Virus record (IMG/VR): IMGVR_UViG_3300042511_000879
Span: 172,072-236,071 of that record
Direction: 5' to 3' (one strand)
Length of the DNA: 64,000 nucleotides
The notes beneath the pieces were generated by a model. That model was not told where the DNA came from. It saw only the letters and a program-made list of their open reading frames with translations, and did not search any database. Below are positions 52,455 through 62,998 of the stretch, in pieces (position 1 is the stretch's first letter; each line of letters starts with the position of its first letter). Position numbers and translations under genes: made by a program.

Positions 52455-54743
52455 TTATAGGTTACCTGATTGAATTTCTCCAGTATTTAAAACTGTTGTT
52501 CTATGAACTACAATTTCTAAACCTTTAACTGGTTCTACGTAAGTATCAATTATACCCATATTGTTATCGATAATCTCATTAGTGTTATTCGTAGAGTCCA
52601 TTACATTTTTAAACTCATAAATACCATTATCTTGTTTAACACCTTGTAAGAATGAATCTGCAAGGGTCTTGATTTCAAGTCTTGTTTGTGCAGTGTTAAA
52701 TTCAAATACGTAATCTTTAAGAATATTTGCCATACCATCTTCGATGTAAATAAGTACCTCTCTTACGTGAGCAGAAGAAAGTGCAGATTTAATAGATTGT
52801 TGCGCAGTTTTATTACCTAAGATAGTTAAACCTGTTCCTCTTTGGAATACAATTGGATTGTAACCAAATGGCTCTAAAATATCTCTATCACCTTTGTCAA
52901 AAGAATATTCAACTCCTTTAACGTTTGTACCAGATACAACTCCTCTTCTTGGACCAGCAACGATTGACCATGGAAGGGCGTTCGTGTATTTGTCGATGTA
53001 GTTGTTAGCAACATAAGCAGCTGGAGGAACAATAATGTCTTTTCCATTGTCGCTTACAATTAAACCAGGTCCGTAGTAGAATGCATAATTTGCACCTTCA
53101 TTTATACTTGGTAGAGCATATATTTTAGTAGGGTTTTTATCTTGATTACCACCATCTGCAATATAAGCAGTATCAAAAGCTCCATTTGCATCTGTGAAAG
53201 ATGGGTCTGTAGATTTTTTGAAATCTTCAATTGTTGGTGCATTTAAGATTGCGGCAGCATTTTGTCTATCTTTTGCTAATTGAGAAAGATTGCGTTTGTT
53301 GTTTAAACCATTCACATCAAAAGATGTAAAAGTATCTACAACATATCTAAAATCAATAATGTCTTTGTCGATTAGGGCATCATAGATTCCATTACCTCCA
53401 GAAAGAACAGATAAATAGTCGCTTATTTCTTTTCCAGTTATATTTGCTTTTTGTAATACAAATGTCTTATAAACTAGAGAAGCTGATTCATAAGATTTAA
53501 TAATTCTACTTTGGTAATCCGGTACTACATCAGTATAGACTGTAAAAATAGTATCTCCGCCAACTATTGCTTTTGCAATTCTATTAACTCTTGCAAGTCT
53601 AGTTCCAAGATTCTCAGAATCAACGTATTGTCCAACTGTAATTGGGAATGTTGTAGGCTCATCTCCAGTCGTATAAGTTACAGTGAAATTTGAACTACCT
53701 AATGTATTGTCAGTTCCTATAGTAGCGCCATCAGTTATAAAATCAAATATAGTTTCTCTATCACCTGCAGGAACATAGTGAGATAGTAATTCATAAGAAT
53801 TAGCACTATTATGAACATGTCCTACAAAATCAACTTGAGTTCCTTGTTCGTCCATAACTGCATCTTCATTAACTGCACAGAATAAACCAGTTCTTCTAGC
53901 TTCTGCGTTAATAGTTGATTCAATATATAAGTTTCTACCTTCAAGGTCTTTAAATCCTGGTAAGATAGAACCTGTGTATTGTGCAATTAAACTAACCTGT
54001 CTAAGGTTTGCAAATTGTGCAAGTTTTGTTTTATCTAAACCGTCTGCTGTAAAATAAGCAGAATAGATTGGGTCATTTATCATTGCAGCAGCATCGAATT
54101 CTCCTTTGAATACAAATACATCAACCATAAAATCTGACATTTTATCGAAATCATTTAAGTATTCTGGAACATTTCCAACACCATACCATTCTCTTGCAGT
54201 TAAGTCAAATTCTTTAACTTCTTGAGCCTGTCTTACGATGATTGTGATTGGTTCTTGTTTAATATTAACAAAGTTTAAGACGTGATCGTTATCAGGAACT
54301 ATAGTTGCTAATGTTTCAGCATCTGAAGGAACCATGAATTTATCATTATCAAAGAAATCTGCGTATCCTGAATTACCACTATCTGATGTAATGTTAACTG
54401 CTCCAGCACCTCCACAGGTTACTGGACTTTGGTAAGATGCAATATCTCCAGGAACAAATTGCTCAAGATTTAGTGCTAATATAGGACCTCTTGAAAGTGC
54501 TTCGATACAAGATCTGTGGAAAAACATTCCCTTTTTTTCTAAACTTTTATCAATGTTTCCAAACACATTTACAAGAGTTTCAACTGAATCAATCAAAACC
54601 GGTGTGTTGTAAGGACCTTTTTTAGAGTGACCTACCATTAATCTAAGAGTCTCGACATTTATATTTGCTGTCTGAGATTTATCAAACTCAAGTCTATAAA
54701 CTCCTGAGCTCTTAAAATTTAATAATTGCGGACTTAGTGCCAT
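52455..54743 (-). CDS. Contractile tail sheath protein (T4 gp18-like)
   Basis: SGVY..E.D, G...KGP...P, PW..AGPRRG, NPI, LGNKT, VRE, YVFEFN and P.KGLE motifs. Confidence 0.92.
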   Translation of the reverse strand: MALSPQLLNFKSSGVYRLEFDKSQTANINVETLRLMVGHSKKGPYNTPVLIDSVETLVNVFGNIDKSLEKKGMFFHRSCIEALSRGPILALNLEQFVPGDIASYQSPVTCGGAGAVNITSDSGNSGYADFFDNDKFMVPSDAETLATIVPDNDHVLNFVNIKQEPITIIVRQAQEVKEFDLTAREWYGVGNVPEYLNDFDKMSDFMVDVFVFKGEFDAAAMINDPIYSAYFTADGLDKTKLAQFANLRQVSLIAQYTGSILPGFKDLEGRNLYIESTINAEARRTGLFCAVNEDAVMDEQGTQVDFVGHVHNSANSYELLSHYVPAGDRETIFDFITDGATIGTDNTLGSSNFTVTYTTGDEPTTFPITVGQYVDSENLGTRLARVNRIAKAIVGGDTIFTVYTDVVPDYQSRIIKSYESASLVYKTFVLQKANITGKEISDYLSVLSGGNGIYDALIDKDIIDFRYVVDTFTSFDVNGLNNKRNLSQLAKDRQNAAAILNAPTIEDFKKSTDPSFTDANGAFDTAYIADGGNQDKNPTKIYALPSINEGANYAFYYGPGLIVSDNGKDIIVPPAAYVANNYIDKYTNALPWSIVAGPRRGVVSGTNVKGVEYSFDKGDRDILEPFGYNPIVFQRGTGLTILGNKTAQQSIKSALSSAHVREVLIYIEDGMANILKDYVFEFNTAQTRLEIKTLADSFLQGVKQDNGIYEFKNVMDSTNNTNEIIDNNMGIIDTYVEPVKGLEIVVHRTTVLNTGEIQSGNL

Positions 54744-54795
54744 AATTTTAAGTGTATTTTTTTTCTTTTATTATATATCTAAATTAAAATGGATT

Positions 54796-56631
54796 TTATC
54801 CCAACAAATCGTATATGTCATACTGAAGGTCTCCACTTGTTTCATTATTTTTATATAATATTTTCTCCATGAGAGAGTGCTTTTCAGGCTCTATAATATC
54901 TAATAGTTCTTCAACATAATCGGCATAATCAACTGTTGTAAAAAATTCGGTTGCGGTAATGCATGTCATGATTGAATCATCATTTCCCATCTGGGCTCCA
55001 TAACTTCCGTTTTTAACAATTCCAAAAAGACTTGCCTCTTGAACTGTTTGAATGTCATTTATTTTAACACGATTAATTTCTATAAACTTTTTAAAGTTTT
55101 GGCAAAACACTGATTTATTATCAGATTTAAGTCGTATTCCAGGTTTTGGTGCTTTTGCATCATGCCTGTGTTTAAATCTTAGGACCAATTCATCTTCAAA
55201 TTCATTTCGACCTGGGAAAACCGTTGAAAGGTATTGCAATAAGATACTTCCATAAGTATTATATTCAATAATCAATTTAACGTTTTCAGCATTAAATACA
55301 TCAAGTGCTAATATGTATAAGATTTTTGCAAAATCTTCGATTGGATGCTCATTACTTCGGAATATTCCAACCTGATTAATCCGGAAAAAATCATACATCG
55401 CTCCTGGATTAATATAATTTTCTATGTCTTTATCCGGAAGTGGTTCAACTTCAAACATATTTATAACTGAATAGTCTCCTCCATTTCCTTCTGCAATATC
55501 AACTGTAAATAGATAATATTTTTCTTCGTTTCCGGCCTCTTCAATATCAAAACTTGGATTAAATGAAAGAAATCCTTGAGTATCAATATGGGCATTTTCA
55601 AACTCTTCAATATCATGCCAAACAAATTTCTTGGCATTTTTTCGGATATTTTTCATAGTGCCAGGACTTAATAATAAACTGGATGAACTTGTAAACTCAT
55701 TTCCGTATTGTCTATTAAAAGCATCTTCAGAACCTAAGTTTCCAAGTTCTCTTTTATACCAGGCATCGTCCCTATCAGGATGTTGCCACCAATCTATTCG
55801 GGTTGCTTTATATTCATTAAGTCCCTTTTCAGCATCGGCATAAATTTCATAGAACTTATTAAATCCATTTGGTGTAGAGGTAATATTAATCCTCGAAATC
55901 TTCGATGCAGAAAGCGTAGGGTAAACGTTTTCATAGAATGAGTTTACAATCGTTGGGTGAACGTGAGCAAACTCATCAAGATATAAATTGTGAATAGTAA
56001 AACCAATACCTGACTTAGCTGTAGTTGACTGACCAACAAGTCTACAACCATTATCAGCCCTTACGTTCATTACATCATATTTGATAATTCCCGGCTTCAT
56101 AAAGAATGGAAGGTTCTCAATTACAACTTTAGCCTTGTCAATAATCTCTTTTGTTGATTCAGATTTATTTGCAAGTAGTAGGGTTGTTTTGTCATAGTTA
56201 AATGTAAGGTACCATGCATTAAAAATACTGGCAGTTACAGTTTTACCCATCTGTCTGGATGCTAAGACAATATTAAATCTATTGTGTTGAAAGTCCCTTA
56301 AGAGGTCTTTTTGATATTCACGTAATTTTACCTGTTGAATACCATTATCGGTCATTACAACCGCATAGGTTTCTGCAAAGTAAACGATATCATTTGCGCA
56401 CTTTGCAATTTCTTTAAGTTCTGCATCAGTATATTCAAATACAATATTACCTCTTCGTAGGAATTGTTTTCCTTCGTAGAATGGCATGCTGACTTGGGGT
56501 CTATAACCTTTATCAAGCGCAACCATTAAATCATTAATGATTTTAGTTGACCATACTAGTTTCTGTGCATCCTGGTCTGATTCTCCTGAGGGAATCCATT
56601 TGTTGTCTCCAACATATCCTTCGTTTGCCAT
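54796..56631 (-). CDS. Terminase large subunit (T4 gp17-like)
   Basis: LREYQ, ASRQMGKT (Walker A), LYLDEFAH, TSTPNG, VDIAEG.GGDYS and DD motifs. Confidence 0.96.
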   Translation of the reverse strand: MANEGYVGDNKWIPSGESDQDAQKLVWSTKIINDLMVALDKGYRPQVSMPFYEGKQFLRRGNIVFEYTDAELKEIAKCANDIVYFAETYAVVMTDNGIQQVKLREYQKDLLRDFQHNRFNIVLASRQMGKTVTASIFNAWYLTFNYDKTTLLLANKSESTKEIIDKAKVVIENLPFFMKPGIIKYDVMNVRADNGCRLVGQSTTAKSGIGFTIHNLYLDEFAHVHPTIVNSFYENVYPTLSASKISRINITSTPNGFNKFYEIYADAEKGLNEYKATRIDWWQHPDRDDAWYKRELGNLGSEDAFNRQYGNEFTSSSSLLLSPGTMKNIRKNAKKFVWHDIEEFENAHIDTQGFLSFNPSFDIEEAGNEEKYYLFTVDIAEGNGGDYSVINMFEVEPLPDKDIENYINPGAMYDFFRINQVGIFRSNEHPIEDFAKILYILALDVFNAENVKLIIEYNTYGSILLQYLSTVFPGRNEFEDELVLRFKHRHDAKAPKPGIRLKSDNKSVFCQNFKKFIEINRVKINDIQTVQEASLFGIVKNGSYGAQMGNDDSIMTCITATEFFTTVDYADYVEELLDIIEPEKHSLMEKILYKNNETSGDLQYDIYDLLG

Positions 56632-56632
56632 A

Positions 56633-57277
56633 TTATTCTGTTATTTCAACATCTTGAATGTCAGCTTCGGAAGAATCGATTCCTTCGCGGATCATTCTCA
56701 TTAGGTCTTTAGTACCTCTTTGAACATTTCCAGAACCTGCGTCTCCGCCTGAAACTTCTATTTCTCTGATGTTATCTCGTTTTCTGTATATCTCAATATC
56801 TCGTGCAATTCTTTTGGCGCTCTCTTCAGTTGCCATTAAATACATTGTTTGAGATTTGATTATATCGAGCATTGATTTTTGTAGGGTTGCAAGTACTTCA
56901 AACATTCTAGGAGCAACTTCGCCATCTTCAATTGCATTAAGCAAGGTTGTAAGAGCCCGCTCTCCGGCTTGAAGTTGATAAACTAATGAACTCATTGTCA
57001 TTTCGTCCATCTTCTTTTTAGCTTGAATATACTCATCTCGCTCTATAATATCCTCATCCAAATAGAACTTCATTAAGGCAGTAATAGTTTTCTTAGCCTT
57101 TCGGGTAGAGCTCTCTTTAAGTTCGGCAAAAGTTACATGATTTTGTGCTCTTCTTGCCGGAAGTGCTACATCAGTTTCTATTACTTCAGATATTTCTCCG
57201 CTTCCTGCCCCGATTAATTCGTCAAGGTCTTTTCGGATATCCTCTGCCTGGTCTTTTATACTTTTATTTTCTGACAT
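56633..57277 (-). CDS. Probable terminase small subunit
   Basis: Immediately upstream of the large subunit; PRMFEV.A helical core. Confidence 0.55.
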   Translation of the reverse strand: MSENKSIKDQAEDIRKDLDELIGAGSGEISEVIETDVALPARRAQNHVTFAELKESSTRKAKKTITALMKFYLDEDIIERDEYIQAKKKMDEMTMSSLVYQLQAGERALTTLLNAIEDGEVAPRMFEVLATLQKSMLDIIKSQTMYLMATEESAKRIARDIEIYRKRDNIREIEVSGGDAGSGNVQRGTKDLMRMIREGIDSSEADIQDVEITE

Positions 57278-57309
57278 ATAAATTTGTTTTATTAAATTAT
57301 ATATCGAAA

Positions 57310-59244
57310 TTAACGAGCATTGGCATATTTTTGGAATCCTATGCTTGGAATTGCATTATCAACAATAATTGCGTGCTGATTATCTCTTACAACGTATTGA
57401 TTTAAAATATTTGAATGCTGTTCAAATTCAACAGGAGTATCGAATACTCTAATATTGGTCATTATCATATTATTAGCTTGTAATTCAAATTTTGCTTGAG
57501 AAGTCCAAATCTGTTCTTCAAGTTGCGGTACTATTTGGGTAAATTCATTAGTTAAATTATTTCCAGCGCTTTGAGGAAGCATCATATTGTTTGACGTATC
57601 AAGACTATATATTGATGCAGACATTTGAAGAAATTCATTATTGATATTAACAACATAACCATACCATTTTGCAGGGTTAAAAGCTATTCCATGTGTAAAG
57701 TATTGTACTCCTTGTGGTGTTGTAACAATTAACTCGGTATTACTTATTGTTATTGAAAACTTGTCGGCAGTATCTCCAATTAATCTATAATCTAAAACTG
57801 AATTAGATGCAAATCGAGGGGCAAACCATGAAGAGAATGCAATTCCATGTCCTGATTTAACTTCAGATTGAGCTTCGTAAACAACAGCAGAATCTCCTAG
57901 TGTCATATTTAAAAAATTGTAATGATTTTTGCTGACAATAGTCCATCTATTTTTTAAGTCATAATCAACTATTCCAAGTTTTGTATCAACAAAGGTTCGG
58001 ATTCCATCGTTATATTTATTAATAACTGTTTGGAATATTTCCGGCTTAAGATTCTTTTTATATTCGTCTTGAATTCTTTCTCCAAATATTTCTTCAATTC
58101 CAGTTATTAATACGTCAGTATCGTCGTCAAATTGTCCTTTGATAACATCTCCGCGGTCTTGGTATTTAACAAGTTTAACTTTCCAATATGAATGGCTTCT
58201 ATTAAATTCATCTGCTAAAGAAACAGAGTTTATTTCGTACATTCTATTAATAATTGGAATAAACATATAGTCCTTGTTTCTTGGATATTTTCCTGCCCCA
58301 AAATGAGTTTCAAACTCTTCAGCAGTTATATGAATTTCAAAGTCCTCTAATTCAATTCCAAATATATCATAAGTGCTAGCTTCTGTAGGGAATTCATTAT
58401 CTGGAACCATTATCTTTATTGTTTGCTTGTCAGTTACATTATGTAATGAATATTCCATCAAAATAACATCAGATGTTCTTGCGTCAGGTTCAGTTTTAAA
58501 GTAGGTAACCTCATGTCCAAAAATTCCATTAACAATGTTAACAAGTTGCTTATACATTTTAACTGATTTGGTAAGAGCGTATGGATTAAATTGGTTTGAT
58601 GCATTACATGTAACTTGAATATTTGCGCAACCATTCATTGCAAAAGGATCGGTACAATCAGTACAGAAATTTGGACATGATACTATTATACCATCCCCGG
58701 TTATAATTGAAATTGTAATTGAAAGAAATGTTAACGTATTTCCAGTTGCAAGTCCAGCAACCTCTGCCTTAATATCAAAATAAAGAGGCTTGGTAGGGTC
58801 AAAAGTAATTCCTTGAATATCTCCAGAGCCTGTTCCATGATTTAATGGAGCAAATTCAGAGAAAATTGTTCCAGATTTGGACCATCTAAATTCATATTCA
58901 AAAAAGTTTACAAGGTCTGGTGTTGTATAATATTTAGCATTTGTAAAATTGTATTGTAAGGGTTCAGTAACAGTCAATTCAGTATCACTAATAACAACGT
59001 CGATTTCGTATGTTATATTACCAATAATTATAGAATCTCCAGAAGCAAATGACGTAGTGAATTGAGTTTCATATCCAAAAACATTCAATGATGTACTTGA
59101 ACCAGTAACATTACCAGTCATGTGAGGTTTTTTAAGACCTACAACAATATCCCAGTTGTCAACTTGGGTTGTATTAAGATATGGTTGTTGGATAGATGCG
59201 ACAAAGAAATCTCCGTATTCATTTGCTGTATAATTGGTTACCAT
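57310..59244 (-). CDS. Neck/head-closure-like virion protein with C-terminal LamG-like domain
   Basis: FG..V.YF, FGIE..D.FEIHI...F...FG..P...D..F.P core resembling T4 gp14; late-type motif upstream. Confidence 0.55.
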   Translation of the reverse strand: MVTNYTANEYGDFFVASIQQPYLNTTQVDNWDIVVGLKKPHMTGNVTGSSTSLNVFGYETQFTTSFASGDSIIIGNITYEIDVVISDTELTVTEPLQYNFTNAKYYTTPDLVNFFEYEFRWSKSGTIFSEFAPLNHGTGSGDIQGITFDPTKPLYFDIKAEVAGLATGNTLTFLSITISIITGDGIIVSCPNFCTDCTDPFAMNGCANIQVTCNASNQFNPYALTKSVKMYKQLVNIVNGIFGHEVTYFKTEPDARTSDVILMEYSLHNVTDKQTIKIMVPDNEFPTEASTYDIFGIELEDFEIHITAEEFETHFGAGKYPRNKDYMFIPIINRMYEINSVSLADEFNRSHSYWKVKLVKYQDRGDVIKGQFDDDTDVLITGIEEIFGERIQDEYKKNLKPEIFQTVINKYNDGIRTFVDTKLGIVDYDLKNRWTIVSKNHYNFLNMTLGDSAVVYEAQSEVKSGHGIAFSSWFAPRFASNSVLDYRLIGDTADKFSITISNTELIVTTPQGVQYFTHGIAFNPAKWYGYVVNINNEFLQMSASIYSLDTSNNMMLPQSAGNNLTNEFTQIVPQLEEQIWTSQAKFELQANNMIMTNIRVFDTPVEFEQHSNILNQYVVRDNQHAIIVDNAIPSIGFQKYANAR

Positions 59245-59246
59245 TA

Positions 59247-59651
59247 TTAGTCTTTATTTTTATTTACCTCGTCTTGTGGAGCATAAACCTCTCCAGCTAG
59301 CCAAGATGCTACAAATCCAGTTAATGATACAAAATATAGTGCAAGTTCATTTAAGTTTGCTTTAAACCAAATGGCTCCGCAACCTGCGATAGCCCAAAGA
59401 ATAACAATAACATATATCATTACCTCTTTTCGAGAGTTTGGTCCCGGCTTAAGAATTGCTGATTTTGAGCTTGGTTTCTTGGATTCAGCCCATATATAAG
59501 TTGCAGCGTATGCTGTTAGGGATCCAAAATATACTGAAAGGTCTGTGAAGCTTGCCTCTTTAAAGGCTCCAAAAAGTCCCATACCTACCCAAAGAGTTAC
59601 TATAATATAGATTAATGCTTCTCTTTTACCGAAATTACTAAAGAAATTCAT
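59247..59651 (-). CDS. Four-TM membrane protein built from an internal duplication
   Basis: KREALIYIIVTLW..LSVYFGSLT versus RKEVMIYVIVILW..LALYFVSLT. Confidence 0.65.
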   Translation of the reverse strand: MNFFSNFGKREALIYIIVTLWVGMGLFGAFKEASFTDLSVYFGSLTAYAATYIWAESKKPSSKSAILKPGPNSRKEVMIYVIVILWAIAGCGAIWFKANLNELALYFVSLTGFVASWLAGEVYAPQDEVNKNKD

Positions 59652-59685
59652 ATTAAATGTTTTTCTTTTATATATTCACGAAATA

Positions 59686-60330
59686 TTAGTAGTCGGTAAT
59701 TAATAGGATTAATGGGTCCTCTTTTTCAATTTTTGACTCAAGTATATCTAAAATGTCGGTAACTATTCCAGCATCGGAATCTTCAGGGTCTTTTTCATCA
59801 AGATAGAAAAGTATACTATCATAGAGTTCTTTTGCATTAAGTCTAGCAAATGGAATTCCCTCTTCGAATACTTCAATTTCTTCTAGAATCTTATTAACTA
59901 ATGGAAGTTCTGTGTCTTCATATAAATCATAAAGTCTCAGAGTTGCAGTTAGTAGTTTAAAACTGAATTGAATCATTTTTATACCATCAGTTTCAATTAT
60001 TCGGGAGTACTTTTTATCCTTATTGAGGGTTAATTTGATATATTGTAAATTTTCCATTTCTATTAATATTTGGAAAAGAAAAAAGACTGTGTTGATTTCT
60101 TTATGCATAAAATCGGAACCAACCGATTTAATTTTATTGATAGAATTTTGATAATATGTATCTAATATGTATTTTAATTGAGATGACGATACCATTATAG
60201 AGTCATTTCCAAGTTCGATAAAATCAATATCGTTTTGGATTTGTGCCCATAATTTATTGTCAATGTAATTATATTTGTACAGCGTAACGTCGATCGCAGT
60301 TGGGATCGAACTAAATTCAAATTGTTGCAT
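59686..60330 (-). CDS. Hypothetical protein
   Basis: 214-aa acidic ORF. Confidence 0.55.
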   Translation of the reverse strand: MQQFEFSSIPTAIDVTLYKYNYIDNKLWAQIQNDIDFIELGNDSIMVSSSQLKYILDTYYQNSINKIKSVGSDFMHKEINTVFFLFQILIEMENLQYIKLTLNKDKKYSRIIETDGIKMIQFSFKLLTATLRLYDLYEDTELPLVNKILEEIEVFEEGIPFARLNAKELYDSILFYLDEKDPEDSDAGIVTDILDILESKIEKEDPLILLITDY

Positions 60331-60339
60331 AGTCGGATA

Positions 60340-60768
60340 TTAATATACCTGCATCGAATTCTCTATTCTCTGTAAAGAGGTATAAAGTTCTTCTTTAGCA
60401 AATTTTTCAAGTTCTTTAAATTCTCTTTTGCCAATTTCATTTCTTTGCATAAAGAATGAGATGGCTTCTTCTGAGGGTATATATTTGCTTTTTGAAGTCA
60501 CTTCTTTTTCTGACTTTTTGGTCTTAGTATAAATCCAACCCGGTACACTTTTAAATCGGGCTGCAACAAGAGACCAACTATCAATTACTGCAAGTGGATT
60601 AATCCCATTTTTATTAAATAATTGGGCATTTGCTGGGTATTGAATCGAAAAGAAGCGATTAATCATGAAATGATGTCGCTTCTTATTATGGTTACTTATT
60701 TTTTTATATTCAGCAGGTTTGGTGAATATTATTTTTATAAAATCAAACAGTTTTGTTTCGTCTAACAT
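60340..60768 (-). CDS. Probable clamp-loader small subunit (T4 gp62-like)
   Basis: LFDFIK..FMINRFFS motif; near the gp44-like gene. Confidence 0.55.
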   Translation of the reverse strand: MLDETKLFDFIKIIFTKPAEYKKISNHNKKRHHFMINRFFSIQYPANAQLFNKNGINPLAVIDSWSLVAARFKSVPGWIYTKTKKSEKEVTSKSKYIPSEEAISFFMQRNEIGKREFKELEKFAKEELYTSLQRIENSMQVY

Positions 60769-60914
60769 TTTTTATTGCTTTTTTAAAAAGTTCAATTCGT
60801 GTACTAGTTATATCGGTTTTTTGTAATTTGTTTACCTCAGCAATAACCTTGTCAAAGTCGCCGTCTTTGTGCGCTTCAATTAGTAATTCTGTTAAAATAT
60901 CCTCGCTAGTCATT

Positions 60915-62147
60915 TTAAAATAACGTGTTTATTTTTTTAGTTTCAGGTTGTTGAGAAACTTTGTCTAGTTGTAACGTTGCAAATGGGTCAAAACTCTTTG
61001 GAGCACCACTTCCGGTTGCACCTTTTGAATTCCACTGTGTACCTTCTAATATCTTTTCCATCTGAGTTAATCCGGCCAATCTTGTTTCAACTGTAAAATC
61101 TTTTTCAATTTCATCATATATTGCTTTTAGAATTCCACCAGGTATCGTATTAAAGTGAAGTAACATTAAGTCTAGATTTTGATTGAATCGCAAACGGATT
61201 TCATCAATTGTAGATTTACCAACAACATCATGAATCATATTAACTATGGTTTTAACTTGTTCCTCAGAGAAAAAATGGTCAATGTGGAAGTTACCTTCAA
61301 TTTCACGATATTTTTCTAGGATTTGAATTGCCTGTTTTTCAGTGATTGAATAGTTTCGGATAGAACCAGTACTAGTTCTTTTAGTCCATGAAACAACTGA
61401 TTGAATGTTATCGCTTTTATCACCTTGTAAGATTTTAGAGAAGATAAAATCATCACAATTAATCTCTTCTATTTCTACTCCGTTTTTAGCAATCCAACTA
61501 ATAAAATCACCTTTAAGTTGGTTATTAAGAACATCAGCAGAACCCATGTTAAATAACAAGTCATCATTTGATATTTCTACCTCATTAGGTTTGTTAATAA
61601 GGTTTTCGAAACCTTCGAATGCTAACAATCTACGCTTAGAATTATAGTACCATAGGGTATATGCATCTGTTGCTTCATTATAATTAACTAATTGAATAAG
61701 GTCACGGTCACCTGTCCAAACAATACAATTTTTACCTTCATTGTTTAATTGGGTCGACCATCCGAATAAAATATCATCAGCTTCTGCGCCAGGAACTTTA
61801 TGTATAATTACACCTTGCTTTGCAAGAATATCTTGAAACTCTGTATAAACATTAAATACATTTTCCCAGTTAACTGAACTATCAGCAACTCGGGTACCTT
61901 TATATTCTGCTGCTGGGAATAAGTCTTTACGCCAAGATTTTGAATCAACTGCAACTACAATTTGATCGACAAATGGAGTCATTTTTCTGACCTCTGATGC
62001 AAAGTCAATACATAGTTTTCTCATGAATTGTTCTTGTCCATCTCTGTCTCCTAATAATTGTTCTTTTTTAGGACGTGGAAGTACAAAAAGTCTACTATGT
62101 ACGAAGTAATTTCCGTCGATAATAAGTGTGTGTTTTCCTAGTTTCAT
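60915..62147 (-). CDS. 5'-3' exonuclease / T4 RNase H-like FEN
   Basis: IIDGN, SWRK, YKGTR, EADD, GDRDLIQL and GDKSDNI motifs. Confidence 0.92.
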   Translation of the reverse strand: MKLGKHTLIIDGNYFVHSRLFVLPRPKKEQLLGDRDGQEQFMRKLCIDFASEVRKMTPFVDQIVVAVDSKSWRKDLFPAAEYKGTRVADSSVNWENVFNVYTEFQDILAKQGVIIHKVPGAEADDILFGWSTQLNNEGKNCIVWTGDRDLIQLVNYNEATDAYTLWYYNSKRRLLAFEGFENLINKPNEVEISNDDLLFNMGSADVLNNQLKGDFISWIAKNGVEIEEINCDDFIFSKILQGDKSDNIQSVVSWTKRTSTGSIRNYSITEKQAIQILEKYREIEGNFHIDHFFSEEQVKTIVNMIHDVVGKSTIDEIRLRFNQNLDLMLLHFNTIPGGILKAIYDEIEKDFTVETRLAGLTQMEKILEGTQWNSKGATGSGAPKSFDPFATLQLDKVSQQPETKKINTLF

Positions 62148-62159
62148 AGTTCTATAATT

Positions 62160-62211
62160 TATTTATGTAAATATAATAAAAAAATCTGACACGGTAAAAT
62201 ATTTTGTGTTA
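62160..62211 (-). promoter_or_regulatory. Early-promoter cassette (degenerate)
   Basis: TTTTACCG...TATATTTACAT; overlaps the stop of 62209..62997. Confidence 0.65.
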
Positions 62212-62997
62212 TATTTTTATGTTATTTTTTATTATCTCTGGAATATTGGATATAATATTGTTTAGGATTGGTTCAAAATACCAATCTATTACTTTTTGCT
62301 CTTCAGTCATTCTATAATGGCGATTATATCCGTATTTAATAGTTTCAGAGGACCATGGCATTGCCGCCCATTTTAAATGACGTTCAATAGTTGTTTTAAA
62401 ATTAGTTTTATGCATGTGTATTAAAAATAATTTTTCATTTGCAGGAGGATTAGATTGCCAAACATTATTTATTTTATATTTATGAAAACCTATTCCCCAG
62501 TCAAGTTGTTTTCTTGACAATAATGTTTTTCCATAATGCTGCTGTTCAGGGTACCAATATTTAATTTGTGGAAACCAAGGCTCATCTAATTTTAGGTCTT
62601 CTTGTAGGGTTGGAATGTGGATTACTTCATAACCTCTGCATGTTATTATATCATCGCTTTTTGTTAAGCCTTCTAGAAATCCTTTTAGTCCACCTTCGGC
62701 ATGATAGTATATTATCTCATCAACATCTAACGACATCACAAAATCATATCCTTCAGATTTTAGTTTTTCCATGGCAAAATATATTTCATAGAAAGTTGCA
62801 TTTGCATCTAGAATATCTACCTTAGTGTGCATTATATTTGCATTTGGTTTAATCACATCATTTATGTACTCTTCAGACGAGCCAAAATCTAGAATGTAAA
62901 TATCTTTTTTATCTAAATGTTGACTATAGTACTCAAAGAACTTATGGATGAATGTATTTTCATCTTTGATTGGACAAATTATTGCTACTTTTTCCAT
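62209..62997 (-). CDS. GT2-like glycosyltransferase
   Basis: IKDE..FI..F..YY, LDFGS and LDVDEI motifs; paralog of 7820..8533. Confidence 0.7.
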   Translation of the reverse strand: MEKVAIICPIKDENTFIHKFFEYYSQHLDKKDIYILDFGSSEEYINDVIKPNANIMHTKVDILDANATFYEIYFAMEKLKSEGYDFVMSLDVDEIIYYHAEGGLKGFLEGLTKSDDIITCRGYEVIHIPTLQEDLKLDEPWFPQIKYWYPEQQHYGKTLLSRKQLDWGIGFHKYKINNVWQSNPPANEKLFLIHMHKTNFKTTIERHLKWAAMPWSSETIKYGYNRHYRMTEEQKVIDWYFEPILNNIISNIPEIIKNNIKI

Positions 62998-62998
62998 C

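Noticed and set aside
54796-56631. Intein or intron in terminase or clamp loader
   Set aside because: Lengths and motif spacing are normal; no intein splice-junction motifs were noticed.
1805-62211. Dispersed ~75-bp repeat as CRISPR array, integron attC sites or MITE
   Set aside because: Copies are kilobases apart, all oriented with transcription and directly upstream of start codons; no spacers, attC R/L boxes, terminal inverted repeats, cas or integrase genes are visible.
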